Shown here: piece after piece, positions 51,801 through 56,437 of the stretch | How the letters are laid out: every line of letters begins with the position of its first letter | Position numbering within the stretch: position 1 is the first letter of the stretch | DNA from: Armatimonadota bacterium | GTDB lineage: Bacteria; Vulcanimicrobiota; JACPDS01; JBDRKI01 | DNA length: 56,437 nucleotides | Assembly: GCA_043814095.1 (NCBI GenBank) | Contig: JBDRKI010000032.1 | Span: forward strand, 1-56,437 | Reading direction: 5' to 3' | Program-made: the position numbers and the translations under genes | Notes under the pieces: generated by a model | What the model saw: the letters and a program-made list of their open reading frames with translations, nothing else | Databases searched by the model: none | Told to the model about the DNA's origin: nothing

Positions 51801-54800
51801 TTTGAGAAACTTCTGAAAATTCTTCAGTTTCACAGCATGCCGATACGGCTTTTTTAAATTTTACCAGTTTGATTTTTAAAGCATTATCTTCCAGTACTTC
51901 ACCGGGTATATTATTTAGAAGTTTTAACAGTTCTTTGAGCTTATTTGCGGTGGGGGTATCGTTTTCTGATCCGAGATTAACTAAAGATTCCAGCTTATTC
52001 AGCAACCCCGGATAAAAATTCTTCCTGAAGTATTTTTTTATTCCCCGCACTTGCGGCTTTGTCTCTTCTTTTAAAGCATTATCTTCCAGTTTTTCCGCTG
52101 TTTCGAACAGTTTGTTTAGTCTTTCAATATATTTTTGAACCGTTTCAATATTCCATTCGGTTACAGAGGTGTAATCGGAATAAAACTGTTCTTTTTTAGA
52201 AAGCAGGGAGGTTACTTTCTCTTGTTCTATTTTAAGTTTTCTTAAAGTACTTTTATCGGGTGACGGAGTTTTTACTTCGGGCTTAACCGGTTCTGTTTCG
52301 GGTAAGGGACTAGCTTCCTTAAGAGGGACTGTTCTTTTTTGTATGCTAAATTCAAGGTCGAGCCCTTCAAACCATACTTTAACCTCGTATTCTCTGGCCG
52401 GGAAATATTTATAAAGGAGTTTTTCTAATCCTTTGGGATCTATGTTCTTATCAATATAATCTGAGACTTTAATATAGATTTCCGTTAATTTTTCATCAGG
52501 TATCCCAAATTGAGATTGAAGTTCTGTCAGTTTCCGGAAGTAATGGTCTTTATTGAATAACCTGCCGGCTGTTGTGCGGATAGTCCTGTAAAGAGGCGTG
52601 CATGAGGGGAGAAGATCTTGCCTTTCACGTATGGCATCCATATAATCATCATGCAGTAAAAAGAACCTGTACAGGATGACCTTATAGATCCCGTTTTCTT
52701 TTACTACCGAAAACATAATACGGCTGCCGGTATCTTTACCCGCCTGTACGGATCCCAGCTTTATCCCCTCAGGCCCTTTATATTGCTGCAGCGTTTTAAA
52801 CTGGTAAGGATTATCCCCGGTAGGTATTGCCGTTTTATGGGTCTGCTTACAAAAATCCCTTTCTATTATTTCAGGGGAAATATTCCCTTTTTTAAATATT
52901 TCTCCCAGAACTTCTAAAAGACGCGCTTGATATTCTTTAGGAAGAGACTGAAGATCATTTAAATATTTGCCTCTGCGGTCTATTTCTACATGGATTGGCA
53001 TGTTGTTTTCCCTGAAAGCGTTATTAATCTTATCAAGTTTGCGAGTTAGGTCGTTAAGGCTTTTTAATTCATCTTCATTATAGACCAGGCACTGAAATAA
53101 AGTTTCATTTATGGCCGGAATGTCTGTTTTTCTAAAACCCAGCCTGAAGAACGCGCCTGTGATATAATGATGTTTGAATTTTTTTATAAAATTTACAATA
53201 TCCGTTATTTTTGTTTGCTTGTCATCTGTTAGTTTTCTAAAATCGTCTTCAAGGGCAGCCAGAACTTCTTTTGTCTGCGGTGTTTTGGGTATTTGCAGGA
53301 CATTATTAAAATAATTGCCCAGATCTTTAACGGCAGCTTGTAAGTCTTGAGGTTTTAGGGCAAACCGCTTAACCAGGCTTTCTAATTCTTTTAAAGAAGT
53401 TTCAAGGCTGGATTCTTGTGCCGAGGACTTAATGCTCTTTAACGCTTCTGTAACCTCTAATATTTTAATGCCGTTAAAGCAGTGCGCGTTTGCTATTAAA
53501 CTGTCGACAAGACGGGTGATTCTTTCTTCAAGGCGTTTCCTTGTTTTTATTGACGGTGTCGCTTTTGACAGTTTGGTAGTTAAGATTCCATATAGGACTT
53601 GTTTTTCTTCCAGTAAGACTTCAAATAGCAGAGTTTCAAAAAAGTAATTTGCTGTTACGGGATTTAAATCGATTTTTTTGTCTATAAATGTTTTTCTTAA
53701 TAAGAAATTGTTCATTACGCATTTATAGATAACCTCTATGGGTATGGTATCTATTATTCTAAATGCTTCTTCGGGCAGTATGCTTCTTAAATCATACAGT
53801 CCTACTTCTATGTCATACTTAGGAATATGGCCGCGGCTTCCGTTTGTGCCGTTCATGGCCAGCGTTGCCGGTGTAACCGGTTTGCCGAGACCTGAAGAGT
53901 TTGCTCCTGCGGGGGCAAATGCAAGAGGAGGCGGCAAGATTGTTTTAAATATACCGGGCTTTTTCCCGTTTTCGGCAGCAGGCGGATTATCTTTTTTTGT
54001 TTTGCCTGATTTCGGAATGCTGTCCGGTGGTTTTTGGTATCTATTTCTAATAAGTTCCAGTTCTGTTTTTCCGAGTATCTTGCTTGCCTGGTCTTCAGGT
54101 CCTATTTCTCTGAGAAGCCATTCTAATAACTCTTGTGCTTTAAGCAGGTAAGTATCAGTTAGCCCCGGAGTTATATTATTTAACTTGTTGGATTTATATA
54201 ATTCATCTAACTTCTTATAAAGATCGGGGTAATAAGTATAGACAAGAGAATGCTGTATTTTTAATAATTCTTTTTTAGAATCAGTATTGAGATTTTCCAT
54301 TGAAAATTGATTCAGTGTAGATTCAAGCAGTCTGTTACATGCACAAAGATAATTATTTAATATCACGACATTGTATTTTTTATATCCTTTATAAGTATCC
54401 AGGTTTCTAATCTGTCCGCTATAAAGTACATTTATATTTATTTTAAAGGTTCCGTCGTTTGAGCCAGGAGCAGAGCTCCTCTTAAATTCAGGTTTTTCAA
54501 GTCCTCCGGCTTCTCCATGTGTTGCATTATTCTGCATAATAGGAGGAACAACAGGGACTCTCATACCCTGCGGGCTTACACCTGCCGGCCTTTCAGCCGC
54601 AGCTTGGGGTTGAGGTATAATATTACCCAAACCTTTTTTAAATGTATCTAGGGTAGATTTTGCACAGCTTTTAGCCGCATCAAGCGCTTCTTTAGCGGCA
54701 GCGGGCATTTTTCTTTCAGGCACTTTATGCGGAGCCGGTTTATCGGTGCCTGTAACAGTAGGTGCGGAAGGCGGCTTGCCGCCTTTATCTTTCTTTTTCT

Positions 54801-56437
54801 TCTCAGTTTTCTTCTTCTTTGCTTCTTTGAATTTATTAAAGTCAATAACATTATCAGGTTTTGCTTTTGCTTTGGTTTTAGTATGTGTTCTTACAGATTC
54901 CGGAATAGCGGTATCGGTAGGTGCTTTCAGGTGCATTACTTTTACTACTTTACCGTTTGATGTAAGAAGGGCTAATCCGCTTCTTACGGCTATATCTATA
55001 TTCTTAGGTTTTAAACCGTGCATTGTTATCAGTTTTAAGACGGTATCGGTCTGTTCTCTGGTAAGAGGGGTATTGTTAATGTAGAATTTGAGCCCTTCTT
55101 TAGTATCCCTTACTTCAAGAGCAAAATCGCCTTTTTTAGGTACAATACCCAGCTCGCCTAATTCTGTGAATATTGCTTCTGTCTTATGGGAATTCAGCCT
55201 TACATTCCCTGTCTTATTATCCATTACGGATAATACCGTCTCACCGTTTAAAACCTCTGCCCTTAATTTAAGGTTTCCGCCTTTAGCCTGTTCAGGCCTT
55301 ATGCCGTTTTTAAGGAGAGCTTCTATTAAGGGTTTGCTTGATGAATGTGAATATATTGTATCGTTTATTGATACATAGACATTTCTTTTGCTGTCTTTAT
55401 GCAACTTGATATTGAATTCTATGCTTTTGCCTTTAAAATGAGCAGGCAGATGGCTTAACATTGACGCAATAAGTATCCCCTGGAATGAGAAGTATGCAGA
55501 TATTTTAAGATTATCACCTGAGCTCATTGTATGTTTAAACTCATCAATTAAGCCTTCAAGGCCTTCATAGGATGAGAAATTCCATACAAAGAGCTTTGCG
55601 GCAAGGGGGTTAACGGTGCAGTGGAACATCATTGCGGGGAAATCATATGCCATGCCTTTAGCCGCGCCTATAACAAGCTCGGCTACATATCTTTCGGGAC
55701 TGCCTGAAGCCTGTATATCTTTTATTATCTCGTTCTGTGTGCGGATGTACCCCGGCATGGCAGATTCTATATCCTGAACCCCGTCAGATGTTTTCTTATG
55801 GGCGAAAGATAACTTATCTGTATCTACGGTAGTTATCTTGCCAGACCTATTATCTTTAAAGCTTAAGGTTTTAGTATTTTTAAGATATCCGGCTATATCT
55901 GTAAGGGATTTATTCCCTTTAACAGGTTTAAGAAGAAGTAAAAATCCGGGCGCTATCTCTAATGCGTTAGAATTTTTACTCAAGTTTACTTTTTCTTCTA
56001 TTACTTTATGAGATATTATCTTGAATAAGCTTTCTTTGAATTCATTTTCAGTTTTTTGAGCTAATGTTTTGTATTCTTTAACAGGAGCAGTAAAATCATG
56101 CCTGTTATTATATGTGACAACATCTACCGCCGCTTTAAATGCGGTTGTTACTGCATCCGCATCGGGACCGTATTTTTGTTTCATTTTCTCATTAGCGGCT
56201 ATATATGCCCTGCCTGCCCTGGGAGTTTTAGCGATAAGGATAAGTATCTGATCAAGTTTTTCTACTAAAGCGTTTAAAGGCGCTGTATCCTGCCATCCTT
56301 TCTTTTCTTTCTTCATTCCCAGCGTTACCGCGTGAGTTTTTTTAATCTTAACGGTTTTGTTTGTGCGTTTGTCCACTGCAGTTATTATATCTTTTTCAAT
56401 CTTTACGATATTGTATCTATCCTTTAAGCCTGCAAGG
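39835..56437 (-). CDS. Giant multidomain protein (>5533 aa, 5' end outside window): RelE-like domain, 3 zinc-peptidase modules, 3 histidine kinase modules, 2 LMW-PTP domains, HEAT repeats
   Basis: Single frame without stops from window edge to TGA at 39835. HEIAH (43198-43212) and HEISH (40093-40107) each with downstream EFFA; three N/G1/G2 box sets; VLFVCNANQTRS; HEAT units. Confidence 0.9.
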   Translation of the reverse strand, partial: LAGLKDRYNIVKIEKDIITAVDKRTNKTVKIKKTHAVTLGMKKEKKGWQDTAPLNALVEKLDQILILIAKTPRAGRAYIAANEKMKQKYGPDADAVTTAFKAAVDVVTYNNRHDFTAPVKEYKTLAQKTENEFKESLFKIISHKVIEEKVNLSKNSNALEIAPGFLLLLKPVKGNKSLTDIAGYLKNTKTLSFKDNRSGKITTVDTDKLSFAHKKTSDGVQDIESAMPGYIRTQNEIIKDIQASGSPERYVAELVIGAAKGMAYDFPAMMFHCTVNPLAAKLFVWNFSSYEGLEGLIDEFKHTMSSGDNLKISAYFSFQGILIASMLSHLPAHFKGKSIEFNIKLHKDSKRNVYVSINDTIYSHSSSKPLIEALLKNGIRPEQAKGGNLKLRAEVLNGETVLSVMDNKTGNVRLNSHKTEAIFTELGELGIVPKKGDFALEVRDTKEGLKFYINNTPLTREQTDTVLKLITMHGLKPKNIDIAVRSGLALLTSNGKVVKVMHLKAPTDTAIPESVRTHTKTKAKAKPDNVIDFNKFKEAKKKKTEKKKKDKGGKPPSAPTVTGTDKPAPHKVPERKMPAAAKEALDAAKSCAKSTLDTFKKGLGNIIPQPQAAAERPAGVSPQGMRVPVVPPIMQNNATHGEAGGLEKPEFKRSSAPGSNDGTFKININVLYSGQIRNLDTYKGYKKYNVVILNNYLCACNRLLESTLNQFSMENLNTDSKKELLKIQHSLVYTYYPDLYKKLDELYKSNKLNNITPGLTDTYLLKAQELLEWLLREIGPEDQASKILGKTELELIRNRYQKPPDSIPKSGKTKKDNPPAAENGKKPGIFKTILPPPLAFAPAGANSSGLGKPVTPATLAMNGTNGSRGHIPKYDIEVGLYDLRSILPEEAFRIIDTIPIEVIYKCVMNNFLLRKTFIDKKIDLNPVTANYFFETLLFEVLLEEKQVLYGILTTKLSKATPSIKTRKRLEERITRLVDSLIANAHCFNGIKILEVTEALKSIKSSAQESSLETSLKELESLVKRFALKPQDLQAAVKDLGNYFNNVLQIPKTPQTKEVLAALEDDFRKLTDDKQTKITDIVNFIKKFKHHYITGAFFRLGFRKTDIPAINETLFQCLVYNEDELKSLNDLTRKLDKINNAFRENNMPIHVEIDRRGKYLNDLQSLPKEYQARLLEVLGEIFKKGNISPEIIERDFCKQTHKTAIPTGDNPYQFKTLQQYKGPEGIKLGSVQAGKDTGSRIMFSVVKENGIYKVILYRFFLLHDDYMDAIRERQDLLPSCTPLYRTIRTTAGRLFNKDHYFRKLTELQSQFGIPDEKLTEIYIKVSDYIDKNIDPKGLEKLLYKYFPAREYEVKVWFEGLDLEFSIQKRTVPLKEASPLPETEPVKPEVKTPSPDKSTLRKLKIEQEKVTSLLSKKEQFYSDYTSVTEWNIETVQKYIERLNKLFETAEKLEDNALKEETKPQVRGIKKYFRKNFYPGLLNKLESLVNLGSENDTPTANKLKELLKLLNNIPGEVLEDNALKIKLVKFKKAVSACCETEEFSEVSQKSFETLNKLMDIKDISFKTINRYIFKCNAVLKEFRALLQKTEDLKLKSEIVQNINTLIDKYYKDIADRIALLTNKAYLEQKECEEISKLLKQIPDDISEDPKLKDTISKIKEAIGKTDDTDPPSQPKRKDSGRITKPPKRTLGSWIRGWIKRWFPGSGNPGFIEDAAAQAARGINNIAGSIGGVPSPVPAGGAPAVPEVPTAMQLEGFKNLMSSFAKCGSLTGQEINFLKELGKNYSSGDFSKLTFGFDPKSLQKLAQKFKVKDPVSILNKILTSDAETRTKIAKALNIPPDMLEFHINELQNLYESSMFLTTDEFVQARQISENIKDLENTLNRLLDRNNVDFFEIITFNQGTGRFEIRDTHVLEVEARAEIINLVAELNRTAPQMRKLLRVMQSEYLKNSEGFQNTLTDRQKEINQMLFGNFRKDWRIELINILEQLPRPLIRYLKSKGWMYITDIGFGERTGIIPAETKAHSRTISLGIENLDYNTRHFTPENVFNATAYAILYSASKSEVLYDKIQNIRNFIYSKPYLKTYIDQGMPENTLLGMFFADCFTDFMMSQEQGDILATEMIPESEIIENRFFQNNQNLLPDVRELIKLLQGLYKEMGRMEISVRHTSPERPGHTPPSSRPSDPTTGPFRGRADKPDRPTPGGRDIAGKDYPGEKDPYPVTPGFIDRVKGALFKTLSHEHLLEIYAKAETFHEKIKAGDLAFKHRQYELAGEFYYKTGLELYEKLKPLEMGTKDHMEPFSLLMDTVDKLYGTMEKEPANQKVVEYYQELLKYYGEELKKILPPKAVDAANDVMSEENRAVLTNSILNDAKNKIGAVLNPYKDEQNITPEFLKEYYKTCEGVLLNVDVGEMSLKTKEVTDIKFKVTTAVLTEYYKDILRKTLNLNNPPELLEQSSSVFYNLLHDYMAEGRSSQYYNALKIHYKIPDKDVLDTLRSLFEDLYNNKLNGQGRRHLNNLLNELTEPKELKVNWPGINPNRPDDPLGPPPPSGGTGKRNLLQKAADLFVPKPAVAVAGGGIVPAPQEVRPEIKTTVLSMDAGKDAAMPAKDTANTKQLSRTTHHLRAPLVGIASHLHKYFRFISGNEEIKQIIRNIITKSGLLYKELDDTLTDKNFTGIYAQEPHFTQKLTGFLTYFASQIIEINNMMQDIESGLREAKYEREGKDLTDELRKEIDTALRLPAIAMLQVLPLIPSASAEKIKEGLPANIKSYISSRQDGPFYIANSVASTFQATKLKNGSHVKFCVYVERDCPRLMKPDDFEFTVQNFVENAINAFNREIEKDPEKYKDKTYCITINVHADNEKYLMVQDNGPGIPSAEPDANGEIPPINTKSVWTQGVTEGGTGQGLHHIKEIAESYGGRVSIESTPGVGTRFKIDLTPVEPEKEISGAASRKLSIVTHEIRTAIQKGFVSILDTAIKYLKGPETLKSELEVILKKAKELITKSESLFDINNYKYEKLEEPYLTQKLTENLHELISGIVEIDNLLQKVKNELKNAETIISKPEIFQELIDILLDNPGRAAVQILSLMPEGSREKTIAEFSENILRYVSSRKDSPFYLTHCAVGMLAAAPLKNESYVSFTVLVPRDMPKFLEQENYNFIIHNLLENAMNAFNRQIAEDKKKYTDRVYSVYIHVTESRGWIRIMLGDNGPGIPSAEPDGSGKVSEINKETIWKEGVSSASTGIGLPIIKERVEAAGGRIYENGTYGKGAQFIIELPEAHVRRVASTVKPVVNVSLPEKTAELISNPSANAFVKFNSILEIFTTQPGEVILSNIAFITKCLDKTIKSEFVRLDRLWRKQSLTETEMIMYHTYSIKIFGELAKLYTESCKISDISASSLLLSTAKDEVINKYFHDVLRRLTKLEENTRRKIIALSQPLPEEVKNNRNIARLLTSLSHNNVVMRVSTEGSILLFMKDGITVLMPCILESLTELKKKPKEAGLSSPDVISTLENISAEIKSLHTRLTTITDCWNYDKSTFYDSFGKDFSQFIKEARAAAAEFESIDFNNLNIQDAGLLKMIQNMKDSFFKFNNYLNWKEYYISTNYENFKLSQSINEREPAPAIENALTPQITALSHKISKLTTPQTTDIDKLLKYREELINTSTQIFSAGKESRLTPNQKETLKALDKKIDEELMPELLKAAHIACEESGNLKRFERFYGRAGTHLISKQIYHNIPPEERISSTEKAELFHILNPNLRHIYDVIYEIKQTRSSPLLVRLEDALKSFSDEHCRVFLGNGIIGNESNVLKSDIDLFLNSLPERAQEIIDIVNDIKSQEGEHISPEVMDRLDYIHYSMEDMQRSVPIREDDMLKEREGIPLLEFSGRLLRYCYNDMNTETEIPWNFEVFSNPRLLRFVLKNLLDNSEEADRSSNNTITLRTETEPGKRKIIVEDTAPGVPPENSEKIFEKGFTTRERGTGYGLWRIRELLSYYGWEIYLDTSYKNGARFVIEIPNDTGRLEPASLHNHISPTSRPSDPTMGVSGAKADKPNRPTPGGRDIAGKDYPWTNLLRNINIQKEWKQLLKNSKENDFSIKFPSTSNLLILFQSNNFADIKYRAHMVYKYSLETKEDIKGYILENYIGEKEALSHSEEDWGQYEIPELQFNEKSWSDLLRKAKTDKPGISADYAGNFNKFLEKLEILGHPTEKIKALILELNEQEKLYDTEEYVFMIAVSKITIELLKECESAAKLAISNFENLKTKNFNDVIEAFNFEYEGVMKVINIYKALYHYHQNVCPVNMVFNVELNKLEPVFERFKKKAEELEHTSGGIYGKLFATKYAGQYPVEITNMLHGEILKDASLTAIINALEPLPPKIVSELNLRNSKIIFYPADREIQKNLDLLKGHTTGFAKNNKAYIGDKSQSTTLHEIAHTVFKLLMEKPYIKSWFADFKDMIAPKLEMSSIIYTTMFEYLEDDDALSTLYGKELFLELDEGYKVKITKHKYYLGYLIYLEAEINGKPFKGFITKEIDALSEDRPLNEFFADLFTLYYSDPAQLKSLDKKLFDLMQNFDAIWREQGKPQPPAPRQGHTSPTSKPGTDPVSKLFNGEGRPNDAKGFSRPTTPMNGEPANKATMTTAIKTSMKATGIEGVKGKSFYQIFKNVNEKYGWEKVVEFYEKLWKTTLQSKIEPAAVRALSGEMLEEYGLTEYMKADSEISRLLKSDTSVSCFAEALRDFILIDNTKGDCLLKDNFIEFFSEISRKLDQLLFIDSTVYIFEKAIEGKPVKKVLFVCNANQTRSIDAEKTFKELFSGKFEVDSAGVSDGKLLADKNLDDFDIIFITSDAHSYAKNNIILKDKIKPHAQKIIEIEMSPEEVAQDLPAYLLRRSELHKNFRDKSREYLITEGITNILLEIKEGKRTPDRFFEAILNKPRKTEKFSPEFTKEVIEDLHAFFNHETPPIKVLFVTEDNQAESATAAAAFKNLLNCNIQDNINAVPVVIKAEEGTNSSAIKLTGKMAEEADLIITTPGAYNNNPHLFEDASISAKTKRADLPLMAKSPEDLTVYHKILEEFKTLEDTVKVFASVSPRLFPHEKTKETICKEKELFGLIAAMGSNDVFTRRAVSGFLYDFAPYPKDIAPAAIETLVNAAINDPDPMVRGKALWGLRRTGVALKETLSAFAKALKDPHDTVRTSAAQELGGFGAAAIDLIPNLVEVLDDPNKSVRMKAEDSIEYILEKASKENPEAAYEKTAEWFTEDFRTEIITRFCRQHDTAKALKRELSRIFKEKNISLEDEEIMRISPIIKFKKGAAYLNEEIFSILGEENLDKVNKLIGEYNSFSPDIKKELRERHKEYMKITAPLYKNLSPEEKELNNMIMGTVSYRDRMEIINDLKMLPAKVTEGMKKEGILIIVADRLKTNEKGAILGAAKALGVYRDDLKIVCCNYKKGGIFESALDEKGPKNQLFHEISHFILRYFEELLEDDINLLTSKLPGKIRNNQTFFHEFFASYMGGFLAHYDPGKPLDEQELKALMTGLPKKIGPKIREILLGIYNKLN
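44291..44406 (-). repeat. Intragenic linker repeat, copy 2 (SRPSDPT..ADKP.RPTPGGRDIAGKDYP)
   Basis: 44291-44331 identical over 41 nt to 49817-49857; similarity extends about 116 nt. Confidence 0.9.
46640..48620 (-). repeat. Tandem duplication of a ~336-aa histidine kinase module
   Basis: 37-nt identity at 46815-46851 and 47823-47859 (offset 1008 nt); colinear protein similarity across both units. Confidence 0.88.
49817..49932 (-). repeat. Intragenic linker repeat, copy 1
   Basis: Matches 44291-44406. Confidence 0.9.

Noticed and set aside
40785-56251. Many plus-strand ORFs of 60-155 aa opposite the giant gene
   Set aside because: Antisense shadows of the coding strand; no recognisable motifs.
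56374-56376. GTG given as start of the 5513-aa ORF
   Set aside because: The frame stays open for 20 more codons to the window edge and there is no SD; the true start is probably outside the window.

Overview
AT-rich bacterial chromosome segment with Terrabacteria-type gene content (DUF881 and sbp inside the dcw cluster); the taxon cannot be fixed from sequence alone. The window opens on the 3' end of a group II intron: RT/maturase C-terminus, domain V, and a domain VI containing the Shine-Dalgarno and ATG of the downstream M61 peptidase gene. Next come a membrane glycosyltransferase and a minus-strand block of HEAT-repeat and orphan genes, then HD protein-mtaB-accD-accA plus an unannotated 45-aa Cys/His-rich peptide. 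The dcw cluster (mraZ to ftsZ) lacks murC/murB, is preceded by tandem NrdR-box-like sites, and has a mini transcription unit between ftsL and ftsI. It is followed by nrdR, EndoQ, deoB, punA, a glycan-modification block (GT4, unknown, asnB, B12 radical SAM) and two nucleotidyltransferase-containing TA-like pairs. The last 16.6 kb is one giant minus-strand ORF (>5533 aa, open at the window edge). It strings together a RelE-like domain, three lethal-factor/PPEP-like zinc peptidase modules, three histidine kinase modules, two LMW-PTP domains, HEAT repeats and a recurrent helical module, joined by repeated Pro-rich linkers. This ORF is the best candidate for an undescribed multi-effector system. 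All domain calls are by eye from motifs; no searches were run.
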